In this document: positions 8,247-17,265 of the stretch, piece after piece
Position numbering within the stretch: the stretch's first letter is position 1
Layout: each line of letters opens with the position of its first letter
Assembly: GCA_964530095.1 (NCBI GenBank)
Contig: CAZHAH010000002.1
Span: 21,691 to 85,690, forward strand
DNA: 64,000 nucleotides
Direction of reading: 5' to 3'
Source: an uncultured Desulfobacteraceae bacterium
GTDB lineage: Bacteria; Desulfobacterota; Desulfobacteria; Desulfobacterales; CAZHA01
The notes under the pieces: generated by a model
Seen by the model: the letters and a program-made list of their open reading frames with translations, nothing else
Database searches by the model: none
What the model was told of the DNA's origin: nothing
Position numbers and translations under genes: made by a program

Positions 8247-9110
8247 ATGACTATCGGAATGGTAAAAAAGTTAACCCGATCAACTTTGGCAATGGTAGTG
8301 GTATTGACCCTAGTGGGGTTCGTAACCATGGCGCATGCCGACGGGGTTATGGATCGCATAAACGCAGGTAAAACCATCAGACTCGGTTTTGCCAACGAAA
8401 TACCCTGGGCTTACCCGGGCGATAACCAAGCGCCGCTCGGCTTTGTCAACGCAATATCTTTGGGGGTCCTTAAAACGATGGGTTACACAAACATCGAACC
8501 CGTGGTGACGGATTGGGGCGGACTGATCCCGGGGTTAAAAGCCAAGCGCTTTGATCTCATTACCGGGGGGATGTATATCCTTAAGAGCCGCTGTGAAAAT
8601 GTTAATTTTTCAGAACCCATCGGTCTTTTTGGCGATAGTTGGCTCGTTCCAAAAGGGAATCCTAAAAATATTGGAAGCTATACTGATATTGCAGAAAAAG
8701 GCTTAGTCATGGTTACTGGCGTCGGTTACAGTTCGATTGAGGTTGCCAAAAAAGTTGGGGTTTCCGCGAAAAACATTATGGTTGTTCCGGGCAACACCGA
8801 AATTTTGGCAGCCGTCAAGGCCGGCCGTGCCGATGCCGGCAGTGTTACCTACTTCAGCGCCCTGCACTTATCCAAAGAAAGTGGCGGAGCTGTAGAGATT
8901 ACGGATCCAAGGTTAAATCCCGAATGGACCTTCAATTGGGTCGGCGTTGGCTTTCGCAAAGCAGATACCGAGTTTCTGGCTGCCTTTAACAAGGCCTTGA
9001 AAAAATATGTCGGGTCCGCTCAAATGATGGCAGATGTTGCGCAGTATGGATACTCGGAATCCCAACTTCCCGGAGATGCTACTACGGCCCATGTCTGCGA
9101 AACTCACTGA
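8247..9110 (+). CDS. Periplasmic substrate-binding protein, family 3, EhuB-like (ectoine/hydroxyectoine-type)
   Basis: AAGGAGG RBS and a signal peptide. IRLGFANEIPWAYPG...DWGGLIPGLKAKRFDLITGGMYI...RCENVNFSEP resembles EhuB as I remember it. Confidence 0.7.
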   Translation: MTIGMVKKLTRSTLAMVVVLTLVGFVTMAHADGVMDRINAGKTIRLGFANEIPWAYPGDNQAPLGFVNAISLGVLKTMGYTNIEPVVTDWGGLIPGLKAKRFDLITGGMYILKSRCENVNFSEPIGLFGDSWLVPKGNPKNIGSYTDIAEKGLVMVTGVGYSSIEVAKKVGVSAKNIMVVPGNTEILAAVKAGRADAGSVTYFSALHLSKESGGAVEITDPRLNPEWTFNWVGVGFRKADTEFLAAFNKALKKYVGSAQMMADVAQYGYSESQLPGDATTAHVCETH

Positions 9111-9153
9111 TCACCACCCGCACCCGTGCAGCATGGCCATGCAATGATGAGGT

Positions 9154-9182
9154 AAGGGTAACGCCCATTGGGCGTTACCCTT
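9154..9182 (+). promoter_or_regulatory. Intercistronic stem-loop after the binding-protein gene (no U-tract)
   Basis: AAGGGTAACGCCCA-T-TGGGCGTTACCCTT, a 14-nt perfect palindrome arm pair. Confidence 0.6.
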
Positions 9183-9254
9183 CGGATCTCAAATTAAGCC
9201 GTAAGATTCTGAGTGGGGCACCTAACTGTTCACTTAGATGAGAGATGAATCAAG

Positions 9255-9923
9255 ATGCAATCTTATTTCGAGTATCTCAAAACGTATGGGCCGAGGTTTT
9301 TCGATGGTACTATCATAACGCTTGAACAGGCAGCATTGGGTACGCTGATAGCTCTCGTTGTCGCCTTGACTGCGGCTTTTATGAAAATGTCTTCAATCTT
9401 TCCCGTGCGATGGCTGGGCGTCACTTATATTGAAATCTTCCGGGGGACTTCACTGCTGGTGCAGATGTATTGGATATTCTTTGTTCTGCCGCTTTTTGGC
9501 ATCACTTTAGAAAAATTTACGGCAGGTTACCTCGCCGTGGGCCTTAACCTGGGGGCTTACGGCGCGGAACTGGTGCGCGGGGCTGTGCAGTCGGTGCCCA
9601 AGGGGCAGTATGAAGCCGCCATCGCACTCAACCTAACCCCGTTCACGCGCATGCGCAGAATTATTTTTCCTCAGGCCCTGCTGATCATGATGCCGCCCTG
9701 GGGGAACCTGCTGATCGAATTGCTCAAGGCAACTGCGCTGGTTGCCCTGATATCTGTTCCCGATTTGATGTTCGAAGCCAAACAGACAAACATGACGACA
9801 TTCCTGTCTGCGCAGACATTTGGAACCGCTCTGATTATCTATTACGTCATCTCTCGGTTGATTATCTCTCCGGGCATGCGCAGGCTTGAAAAAAAGCTGT
9901 CGCAAAAATTGAGCATAGGATAA
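9255..9923 (+). CDS. ABC transporter permease (polar amino acid type, EhuC-like)
   Basis: 222 aa, multi-TM. EAA-like loop GQYEAAIALNLTPFTRMRRIIFPQA. Confidence 0.8.
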   Translation: MQSYFEYLKTYGPRFFDGTIITLEQAALGTLIALVVALTAAFMKMSSIFPVRWLGVTYIEIFRGTSLLVQMYWIFFVLPLFGITLEKFTAGYLAVGLNLGAYGAELVRGAVQSVPKGQYEAAIALNLTPFTRMRRIIFPQALLIMMPPWGNLLIELLKATALVALISVPDLMFEAKQTNMTTFLSAQTFGTALIIYYVISRLIISPGMRRLEKKLSQKLSIG

Positions 9924-9924
9924 G

Positions 9925-10614
9925 GTGATGTTTGACTGGAAATGGAGTTTTACTTTTGAAATTTTGCCGCGGCTGCTTCAGGCAACTGGCTATACCCTGC
10001 TTGCCGCCGGTATCGGCTATTCTATCGCATTGATTCTCGGTTTGGCCTTAGCCCTGGCGCAGCGTACACCGTATCGACTGCTGACCCGCATCGTAAGGGA
10101 GTTTGTCGAATTAGTGCGCTCCACGCCGCTTGTCCTGCAAATCTTTTTTGTGTTCTATGTGGGGCCTCAATTCGGTTTACGTCTGTCGCCGTGGACTGCG
10201 GGAATGATCGCCATCGGGCTGCACTACGCCGCCTATCTCTCGGAGGTCTACCGAGCCGGGCTGGACAGCGTCCCCAAAGGCCAGTGGGAAGCGTGCATCG
10301 CGCTGAATTTGAGCGTGAAACGGACTTACTTTAAGATCATCATTCCGCAGACCATCCCCATCGTTATCCCCGGATTCGGCAACTATCTGGTGGGCATTTT
10401 CAAAGACACCCCCATGCTTTCGGTCATCGGTGTCATGGAGCTCTTTCAGGTAGCAAATTCTATAGGCGCCGAAACCTATCGTTTTTTAGAACCCTACACG
10501 TTGGTCGGGCTGATATATTTGGGTCTCTCGTTGCCGACGGCGATGTTTATCCGACGCTTCGAAGACTGGGTTCGTGCTTCCCTGGGTATGAAAAAACTCT
10601 ATGCAAAGGATTGA
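9925..10614 (+). CDS. ABC transporter permease (EhuD-like)
   Basis: GQWEACIALNLSVKRTYFKIIIPQ. GTG 9925 or ATG 9928 directly after the upstream stop. Confidence 0.8.
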   Translation: MMFDWKWSFTFEILPRLLQATGYTLLAAGIGYSIALILGLALALAQRTPYRLLTRIVREFVELVRSTPLVLQIFFVFYVGPQFGLRLSPWTAGMIAIGLHYAAYLSEVYRAGLDSVPKGQWEACIALNLSVKRTYFKIIIPQTIPIVIPGFGNYLVGIFKDTPMLSVIGVMELFQVANSIGAETYRFLEPYTLVGLIYLGLSLPTAMFIRRFEDWVRASLGMKKLYAKD

Positions 10615-10619
10615 TTCTC

Positions 10620-11432
10620 ATGACCAGTGAAAATTTTCCTCTTGAATTGGAGGGTGACAACATCCCCATGGTTCGCTTCGACCGGGTGACCAAACGCTAT
10701 GGGGATCTGACGGTTCTCGATTCCCTGAACCTGGACGTCAAGGCCAATGAGATGATCGCCATCATCGGGCCTTCCGGGTCGGGTAAAACAACGGTTCTAC
10801 GCATGCTGATGACGTTGGAGTTGATCGACGAAGGGGTCATTTATGTCGATGGGAAACCCCTGACGCACATGGAAAAAGACGGGCAGTTAGTCTGGGCCAG
10901 CAAGCCATACATTCGCAAGATGCGCACCCAGCTCGGCATGGTATTTCAGCAGTTCAATCTGTTTCCACATATGACCGCCATTGAAAACTGCATGGAGGCG
11001 CTGGTACAGGTGTTGGGTTTGAGCAAGGATAAAGCCAGGCAGCGTTCGATGGATTTGCTGAACATGGTTGGCATGGAAGACAAGGCTGATCAGTACCCTG
11101 CTCGATTGTCCGGGGGACAGCAGCAACGGGTCGCCATCGCCAGAGCACTGTGTATGCGGCCTAAAATTATGCTGTTCGACGAGGTCACCTCCGCACTGGA
11201 TCCGGAAGTCATCGGCGAAGTGACGAATGTCATTAAGATGCTCAACGACAAGCATGATCTGACGATGCTGATGGTCACCCATCAAATGGGGTTTGCCCGG
11301 GAAATATCAGACCGGGTATGCTTTTTCTACGAAGGCAAGATTGCCGAGCAGGCACCTCCCGATCAATTTTTCGATAACCCTCAAAACGAACGTACCACGG
11401 AGTTTTTGAGTGCCGTGTTGGCAGCAGACTAG
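10620..11432 (+). CDS. ABC transporter ATP-binding protein (EhuA-like)
   Basis: Walker A GPSGSGKTT, signature LSGGQQQRVAIARAL, Walker B IMLFDE. ATG 10620 preferred over TTG 10611. Ends in TAG. Confidence 0.85.
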   Translation: MTSENFPLELEGDNIPMVRFDRVTKRYGDLTVLDSLNLDVKANEMIAIIGPSGSGKTTVLRMLMTLELIDEGVIYVDGKPLTHMEKDGQLVWASKPYIRKMRTQLGMVFQQFNLFPHMTAIENCMEALVQVLGLSKDKARQRSMDLLNMVGMEDKADQYPARLSGGQQQRVAIARALCMRPKIMLFDEVTSALDPEVIGEVTNVIKMLNDKHDLTMLMVTHQMGFAREISDRVCFFYEGKIAEQAPPDQFFDNPQNERTTEFLSAVLAAD

Positions 11433-11484
11433 CAATGCGCATGCGGCAGGTTTAACAAGTAAAATTGAAATGAAGGTGTGACTT

Positions 11485-12273
11485 ATGAGATGGCAACCAT
11501 TAAGAAAAATTTCCTTTGCTATTTGTATTGCTTTGGTTATCCAGGTACTGCTCCTGCCGGGATTAAAAGAAACAACTCCTTTAGCCGGCGAAAAACAAAT
11601 AACCGCCGTAACTACGCAATGGCCCCCTTATATGGGGCTTAGATTAATAGACAACGGATTTTTACCGGAAATACTTGTCGAAGCATTCGATCAATTTGGC
11701 TATACGGTAACCGTCGAATTTCGGCCTTGGGCAAGGGCACTTGATGATGTTAAAAAAGGGGATAAGGATATCTTATGCGGCGTATATTATACTAAAGAAC
11801 GTGAAGAATTTTTAGCCTACTCCCAATCCGTTGGGGAAATCCAGGATGTCTTATTTATGAAGAAAGGCAGAAACATCACCTATCAGCAACTAACGGACCT
11901 GAAACCTTATAAAATAGGAGTGCTCAGAAGCGCCGCCCATGGAAAAGAATTTGATACGGCTGATTTTTTGAATAAAGAAGAAGCAACGCATTATGGACAA
12001 AATATTCGAAAATTGCTAGTCGACAAAATTGATTTGATAGCCGGACCCAGGGATGTCATCAAATTCATCATTAAAAGGGATTATCCTTTATTCGTCGATA
12101 AAATAGAAGCCGTCAATCCCCCGCTTAGCATGAACAAAATATATTTTGGCTTTTCGAAAAAAGTTGCAGGGTACCAAGAACTTTTAAAAGCATTCGCCAA
12201 GGGATTGGCGCTGATAAAGAAAGATGGTACATATTACTGGCTCGCGAAAAAACATGGCGTTAATGTTTTTTGA
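11485..12273 (+). CDS. Second family-3 solute-binding protein (unknown ligand)
   Basis: Signal peptide, then WPPYMG...RPWARALDDVKKGDKDILCGVYYTKEREEF, typical of the family fold. Confidence 0.65.
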   Translation: MRWQPLRKISFAICIALVIQVLLLPGLKETTPLAGEKQITAVTTQWPPYMGLRLIDNGFLPEILVEAFDQFGYTVTVEFRPWARALDDVKKGDKDILCGVYYTKEREEFLAYSQSVGEIQDVLFMKKGRNITYQQLTDLKPYKIGVLRSAAHGKEFDTADFLNKEEATHYGQNIRKLLVDKIDLIAGPRDVIKFIIKRDYPLFVDKIEAVNPPLSMNKIYFGFSKKVAGYQELLKAFAKGLALIKKDGTYYWLAKKHGVNVF

Positions 12274-12311
12274 GCTAGTTGGAAATTGATTAGCTCGTAA
12301 AAAGTCGGAAA

Positions 12312-12404
12312 ACCGATTTCGAACCTCATCCCGCACGATTATCCGGTGGTCAGCAGCAACGGATCGCCATTGCAGGGGCGCTGGCCATGATGCCCAAAAT
12401 CTAA
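12312..12404 (+). pseudogene. Relic of an ABC ATPase gene (signature-motif segment only)
   Basis: Own translation: TDFEPHPARLSGGQQQRIAIAGALAMMPKI*. No Walker A or B on either side. Confidence 0.7.
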
Positions 12405-12417
12405 CCTAAGGATATCC

Positions 12418-13578
12418 ATGATGAGCCAATTCCCATTTTTCACACAAAATGAGTACGGTGCACGACTAGATGCAGTTCGGAAAATCATGATCGATCAAAA
12501 CCTTGAAGCATGCCTGGTTTCGGTTCCTGAGAACATTTATTATCTGGCAGGGATAAATCACTGGGGATTTTTCGCCTACCATATGTTAATCGTGACCCTT
12601 GAGAATGAAATGGTCTTGATTGCCCGTGACATGGAGCAGGTGACAATGGATCTCCAGCTGACCAATGCGCGTTTTGTAGGGTATGGCGACCTGGATGACC
12701 CGTCTCAGACCACCATAGAGGTCTTAAAGCAGGAGGGCTTGGACCAGGGAAAATTGGGGATTGAAAAAAACAGTCTATATCTTGCGATGGCCATTGCAGA
12801 AAGAATCCAAGAAGAGTTGCCAAATGTCGAATGGATTGATGCCTCGGATCTAATCTTTCAACATCGAGTGACGTTATCCGCATCGGAAATTAAGTACACT
12901 CGTAAAGCAGCTGCGATCACAGACGCCATGATGAGAGCAGCTATCGAAACAGCGGGGGCAGGCGTGACCGAAAAAGAGGTTGCGGCTGAGGTTCACCGCG
13001 CCATGATTTTGGCCGGCGGTGAGTACCCGGCGTTTGGGCCATTCATCCGATCCACACCAACTTTGGGTTTGGAACATGGCACCTGGTCGGATCGAACACT
13101 CGAAGTCGGGGATGCGCTGTTTGTCGAACTCTCCGGCAGTGCCGGACGATACCATGCACCGATGGGTCGTTTGATTTTCGTGGGGAAAAGACCTCCCGGA
13201 ACAGAGGAGATAGAGCAGGTGTGCCTCGAGGCATTTGAAAATGTGACTCAAGCGATACGCCCGGGAGTGACCGCCCATGAGGTGTATCAAGCCTGGCAGA
13301 ACCGGGTCGATGCAGCCGGGCTTGCCCATTACCGACGGCATCACTGTGGGTACATGGTGGGCAGTGCTTTTCCCCCAGCATGGTCAGGAGGGGGCGTACC
13401 ACGCGGTTTACGCCGTAACAGTCATTTGGAGCTGCGCGCCGGTATGGTTTTTCATCTTTTGTCGTGGCTGATGCATACGGGGCGGGAGGGTGATTATTTT
13501 ATCTCAGATTCCGTGTTGGTTACAGAAAATGGCTGCGAGGTGCTGACCACGATACCCCAATATGTTCACGTCGTCTAA
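12418..13578 (+). CDS. M24-fold hydrolase, creatinase/ectoine-hydrolase-like (paralogue 1 of 4)
   Basis: Creatinase_N-like N-terminus (ENIYYLAGINHWGFFAYHMLIV). Pita-bread C-domain with SGSAGRYHAPMGR and RHHCGYMVG. Confidence 0.75.
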   Translation: MMSQFPFFTQNEYGARLDAVRKIMIDQNLEACLVSVPENIYYLAGINHWGFFAYHMLIVTLENEMVLIARDMEQVTMDLQLTNARFVGYGDLDDPSQTTIEVLKQEGLDQGKLGIEKNSLYLAMAIAERIQEELPNVEWIDASDLIFQHRVTLSASEIKYTRKAAAITDAMMRAAIETAGAGVTEKEVAAEVHRAMILAGGEYPAFGPFIRSTPTLGLEHGTWSDRTLEVGDALFVELSGSAGRYHAPMGRLIFVGKRPPGTEEIEQVCLEAFENVTQAIRPGVTAHEVYQAWQNRVDAAGLAHYRRHHCGYMVGSAFPPAWSGGGVPRGLRRNSHLELRAGMVFHLLSWLMHTGREGDYFISDSVLVTENGCEVLTTIPQYVHVV

Positions 13579-13655
13579 TCGTTGCATAAAAACATGACAA
13601 ACTTATGATTAAAATAATGGTAATCTGGTGGTAGAAGATGTTTTACGCAAGATCC

Positions 13656-13760
13656 TTACGATAATGGTAGGGATCGAACCAAGGGGGTTCGACATACCAC
13701 TGATTTAATCGCTTTGCGGGCTGGGTAAATGTCTCGCAGGGTTATGGCTGCATTTTTCAT
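13656..13760 (-). pseudogene. 5' fragment (34 codons) of a threonine-dehydratase/EutB-like gene
   Basis: MKNAAITLRDIYPARKAIKSVVCRTPLVRSLPLS* parallels TLGEIYKAQKAIRPFVHRTPLVFS of 15086..15652. Stops before the PLP lysine. Confidence 0.6.
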
Positions 13761-13764
13761 ATTT

Positions 13765-14985
13765 TCAGTACTTCCCAAACTCCCACACCGCCTCATACAT
13801 CGCCATGATGTTTTCCGGAGGAACATCCGGAAGAATGTTATGAACCTGTGAAAAGATGAATCCCCCTCCGGGAGCGAGGTCGTCAATCCTTCTTTTCACC
13901 TCGTCACGGATTTCCTGCCTGGTCCCATGCGGAAGAATCCTTTGGGTGTCGCATCCGCCTCCCCAAAACCCCAAAACATCTCCGAACTCTTTTGTTAATC
14001 TTTTGGTATCCATATCGACCGCCGAGGCCTGAACCGGATTCAGAAAATCGACACCCGCTTCAATTAAATCAGGAATCAATCGGTAAACCGATCCGTCCGT
14101 GTGCATCACAATAGGGACTCCTGATGTTTTTTTGATGTGAGAATATAATTTTTGGTGGTATGGCTTGATCATCTTTCTGTACATTTCAGGTGAGATAATC
14201 GGAGCGTCCTGGGTCCCCAGGTCATCACTGACCTGCACGACATCCAGGTACTGTCCCAGCGCAGCCCAATATCGATCGAATCGTTCACAATAAACATCTG
14301 CAATTCGGTCCATGATTGCTTCGGCAAAAACGGGGCGTTCTATGAGATCGAGGAGGAAAACCTCCCACCCCCTGAGCCCCTGAGCGCCGGCAAATATATT
14401 GCCTGCAAAATTTGACCCCACTAAAGGGTAGTCCGTTTTTTCACGGATATTTTTGGCGAACTCTCTCGCTTCCTCAAGCGCCTGGTTCAAATCTTTTGGA
14501 AGATTAAAGTTTAGGCCGATATTGAAGATATCGTCCTGGCGACGGTCCAGGTCGGCCAAGGTTTCACAGTCCTTCAAGGGATAGTAAACCGGCTCAAAAA
14601 AATGACCTGCCGAAGGCCTCAAGTAGGTGATGTTCCCATCTGAATCTCTAACAACTTCAGACCCATCACTTTGAGTCACCGGGTTCCATGCCTCGGGGAT
14701 TTCACACAGCGACCCATCAGACATTTTTCCCGGTTTGTAATGGGCTTCTATATAAGCTGAATGAATGTCGGCCCTTACGGCCTGCAAAACGTCCTCTTCA
14801 ACATCGGCGAGTTGTTGAGTAACACAAACAATTCGTATATTTCCTTCCTTCAAACCCATGTATGATCTCAACCTTTTATAGGCAATCGCTGAAATGCCGC
14901 TCACATCAAGGCCACCCAAGTCTACGGGTACCCTATCCGGTTCTTGATGATTAATTGCATGTAAAACTCTCTCTCTTCTATTCAT
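13765..14985 (-). CDS. Uroporphyrinogen-decarboxylase (URO-D / MtaA-MtbA-like) family protein
   Basis: NRRERVLHAINHQEPDRVPVDLGG start and a TIM-barrel-like body. VMHTDGS occupies the position where MT2 enzymes have H-x-C-G. ATG 14985 (GAGGGGG upstream) preferred over 15000. Confidence 0.7.
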   Translation of the reverse strand: MNRRERVLHAINHQEPDRVPVDLGGLDVSGISAIAYKRLRSYMGLKEGNIRIVCVTQQLADVEEDVLQAVRADIHSAYIEAHYKPGKMSDGSLCEIPEAWNPVTQSDGSEVVRDSDGNITYLRPSAGHFFEPVYYPLKDCETLADLDRRQDDIFNIGLNFNLPKDLNQALEEAREFAKNIREKTDYPLVGSNFAGNIFAGAQGLRGWEVFLLDLIERPVFAEAIMDRIADVYCERFDRYWAALGQYLDVVQVSDDLGTQDAPIISPEMYRKMIKPYHQKLYSHIKKTSGVPIVMHTDGSVYRLIPDLIEAGVDFLNPVQASAVDMDTKRLTKEFGDVLGFWGGGCDTQRILPHGTRQEIRDEVKRRIDDLAPGGGFIFSQVHNILPDVPPENIMAMYEAVWEFGKY

Positions 14986-15085
14986 TAAGTTCCCCCTCAT
15001 CGGTGAAAGGTTTAGACAATCAGCTTACTTTGAATTCAGACTTCGTCGAATAGTCGCTTGGAAAATAATAGAAAAAGCACATCGC

Positions 15086-15652
15086 TCAATGGCCATTATG
15101 ACAAAGAATTTGATGTAAAACATCCATATTGATATTTCGTGAACTGATCACGGTCACCACTTCTCTGCCAATATCCTTTACAAGGTTGTTCATCAATGCT
15201 GCAATGCCGACAGACGCTGCACCTTCAATAACTATTTTTTCTTGTTCTAATGTATACTTGATCGCTGATGCGATCTGATCCTCGTTTACAAGTATCAAGT
15301 CGTCCACATACGTCTGAACCATATTGAATGTATAGCGGTTGTCAAGACCGATGCCCCCGCCCAAATTGTCAGCCAACGTTTCCAACTCTGCAACCTGTAC
15401 CGGCCTCCCGGCTTTCTGACTTTCATACATGGCGGCTCCTCGCTCCTCAGCGCTGAGGTTGCGCAGACGGTTTGTGGCACCACGGATCTTGAATGCACCG
15501 ATATCATGAACCGTTTCGAGTTTCAGGTATACAGATGCCCCGCAACGGATTGATATTCCGGTAGAAAATACAAGTGGGGTACGGTGAACAAAGGGGCGGA
15601 TCGCTTTTTGGGCCTTGTATATTTCACCCAATGTTACGGTTGATTCGGACAT
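15086..15652 (-). pseudogene. Threonine-dehydratase/EutB-like gene with an in-frame internal deletion of about 145 codons
   Basis: N-terminus through the PLP-Lys motif (GAFKIRGATNRLRNLSAEERG) joins directly to AAMYESQKAGRPVQV... In the full-length paralogue (28598..29592) these segments are ~145 residues apart, so GNHG and the Gly-rich phosphate loop are missing. Confidence 0.6.
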
Positions 15653-15654
15653 AA

Positions 15655-17127
15655 TTAGGAGACTCCCAACTCTTCTTCAGCCTCATCCACGATAGACCTG
15701 ATGGTGGAGACGACATCTGAAGGGAGTGGTTCCGGCTTGTGGGTCTTCAGAATATGTCTCGCCTTTTCCCATGCCCTGTCGTAGAGGCCCTTTCCACCGT
15801 CGGCTTCCCAGTCCACCCGCACTCTTCTATCGATAAGTTCCGGATGGGTCTGAACGGTCTTCATGTGCTTAAACGTGTGATCGTGGCCAAGGAAATGCCC
15901 GTGGGGTCCGATCTCTCGAATAACATCCACAGCAAGGGTTTCATCATTGACGGGAATGCCCTTGAGTACATACCTAATCATACTGATAAACTCATCGTCC
16001 ATTACCAGTTGTCCATAGTCCACGGTCATGCCAGTTTCGAGCTGTCCCACCCCATAAATCATGTTGGCACCTGCCAACGCTGGTAACAAGAGGGTAAGGG
16101 TTTTCTCATGGCCGGCCTGGACATCGGAGATCTTGCTATCGCACTACCCACCGGAGATCCAGCTTGGCAGGAGATATTTGCGGGCCATCTGAGCAGTCGC
16201 AGCACTGAGCAAGGCTGTTTCAGGATTACCGACAACTGCATTGCCTAGCCTCAGGTCCAAGCTGCAGGCTGAACTGCCGTAAAAACAGGGTGCGCCTTTT
16301 TGTGTCAACTGGCTGAGCACAACCCCCGAGAGGACTTCTGCGTTGTGGGTAACAAGGGCCCCCGCAAGGGTGACAGGCGACGAACCACCCGCCATACCCT
16401 GGCCCAATATTTCAATCGGCAACCCGGATCGGGACGTTGCCATGATAATTTGACAGCAATCTTTCACCATTTTGAGAGGCGTTACCAGAGCGGTGCCGAA
16501 TGTCATGATCGACCGATCTTTGAGCTTCTCTGCTCCTCCGACAACAGCCGCAGCCATTTCCAAAATTTTCTTGGCCAGGTATCCGCTCTGAGGTCCGATG
16601 AAACAGTGCTTGGTTGTATTCAAGAGCATGGCTTCGGCATTGTGGGCCGCAGCCACATTTTGGGCAACATCATTCGATCCCATTATCCTGTGACAGATAT
16701 CCATATTATCGAGGAAATCCATCAGGCGAGTACATTCAGCCAGGTCTCCTTTGGTGGTATCTCGTAATTCACCTGTGGTGGGATCGACCATCAATATCCC
16801 CTCACCAAAGGGATCAAATGCAACACTATTCATTTCAATTACCACGTCACGGTCTGGATTTCGCCCCGCCAGGACGACGGTCTCAGGGGCCGAGCTGACA
16901 GCCTCTTCCAGCAAATAAGGCGGAATCTTTACGATCTTCGTTTTCGGATCAACTGTGGCGCCCCCACCATCAAAGACTTCCATGGCTTCTTCATCTTCGA
17001 CAAATACGCCGTTTTTCCAGAGGACCTCCAGCGTCGCAGCGTGAATTCGATCCATGTCCGCATCGCTAAGGACGCTGAACGCTACACCTCCGTTTTCTGA
17101 TTTACCGGCACGAATGTTACGTTTCAT
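15655..17127 (-). CDS. mttB: Trimethylamine:corrinoid methyltransferase MttB with in-frame UAG at codon 328 (predicted pyrrolysine); 490 codons
   Basis: Track ORFs 16144..17127 and 15655..16089 are one reading frame interrupted only by TAG (16146-16144): ...[58 protein letters not shown] precedes ATG 17127. Close match to remembered Methanosarcina MttB around Pyl334. Confidence 0.85.
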
Positions 17128-17265
17128 GATATACTCCTTTTATTTCGGTTTCTATTCAAAGAAACTTGTCGAAGAGAGCGCAAAAGACTCTCGGCACTGG
17201 TAGCACCTTCTATTGCCTATCAAGGTACTCATCTTTTGGAAAATCTAAACTCAAAGCAGGCATGA

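Noticed and set aside
13660-13700. tRNA-like string (complement reads ...CTTGGTTCGATCCCTACCA...)
   Set aside because: The flanks do not form T-stem or acceptor pairing (CTTGG vs CCCTA). The segment is in frame with the EutB-like stub (RTPLVRSLP), so it is a coding relic and not a tRNA.
16300-16767. 155-aa + strand ORF inside mttB
   Set aside because: Antisense to a gene with near-perfect family signatures, and no support of its own.
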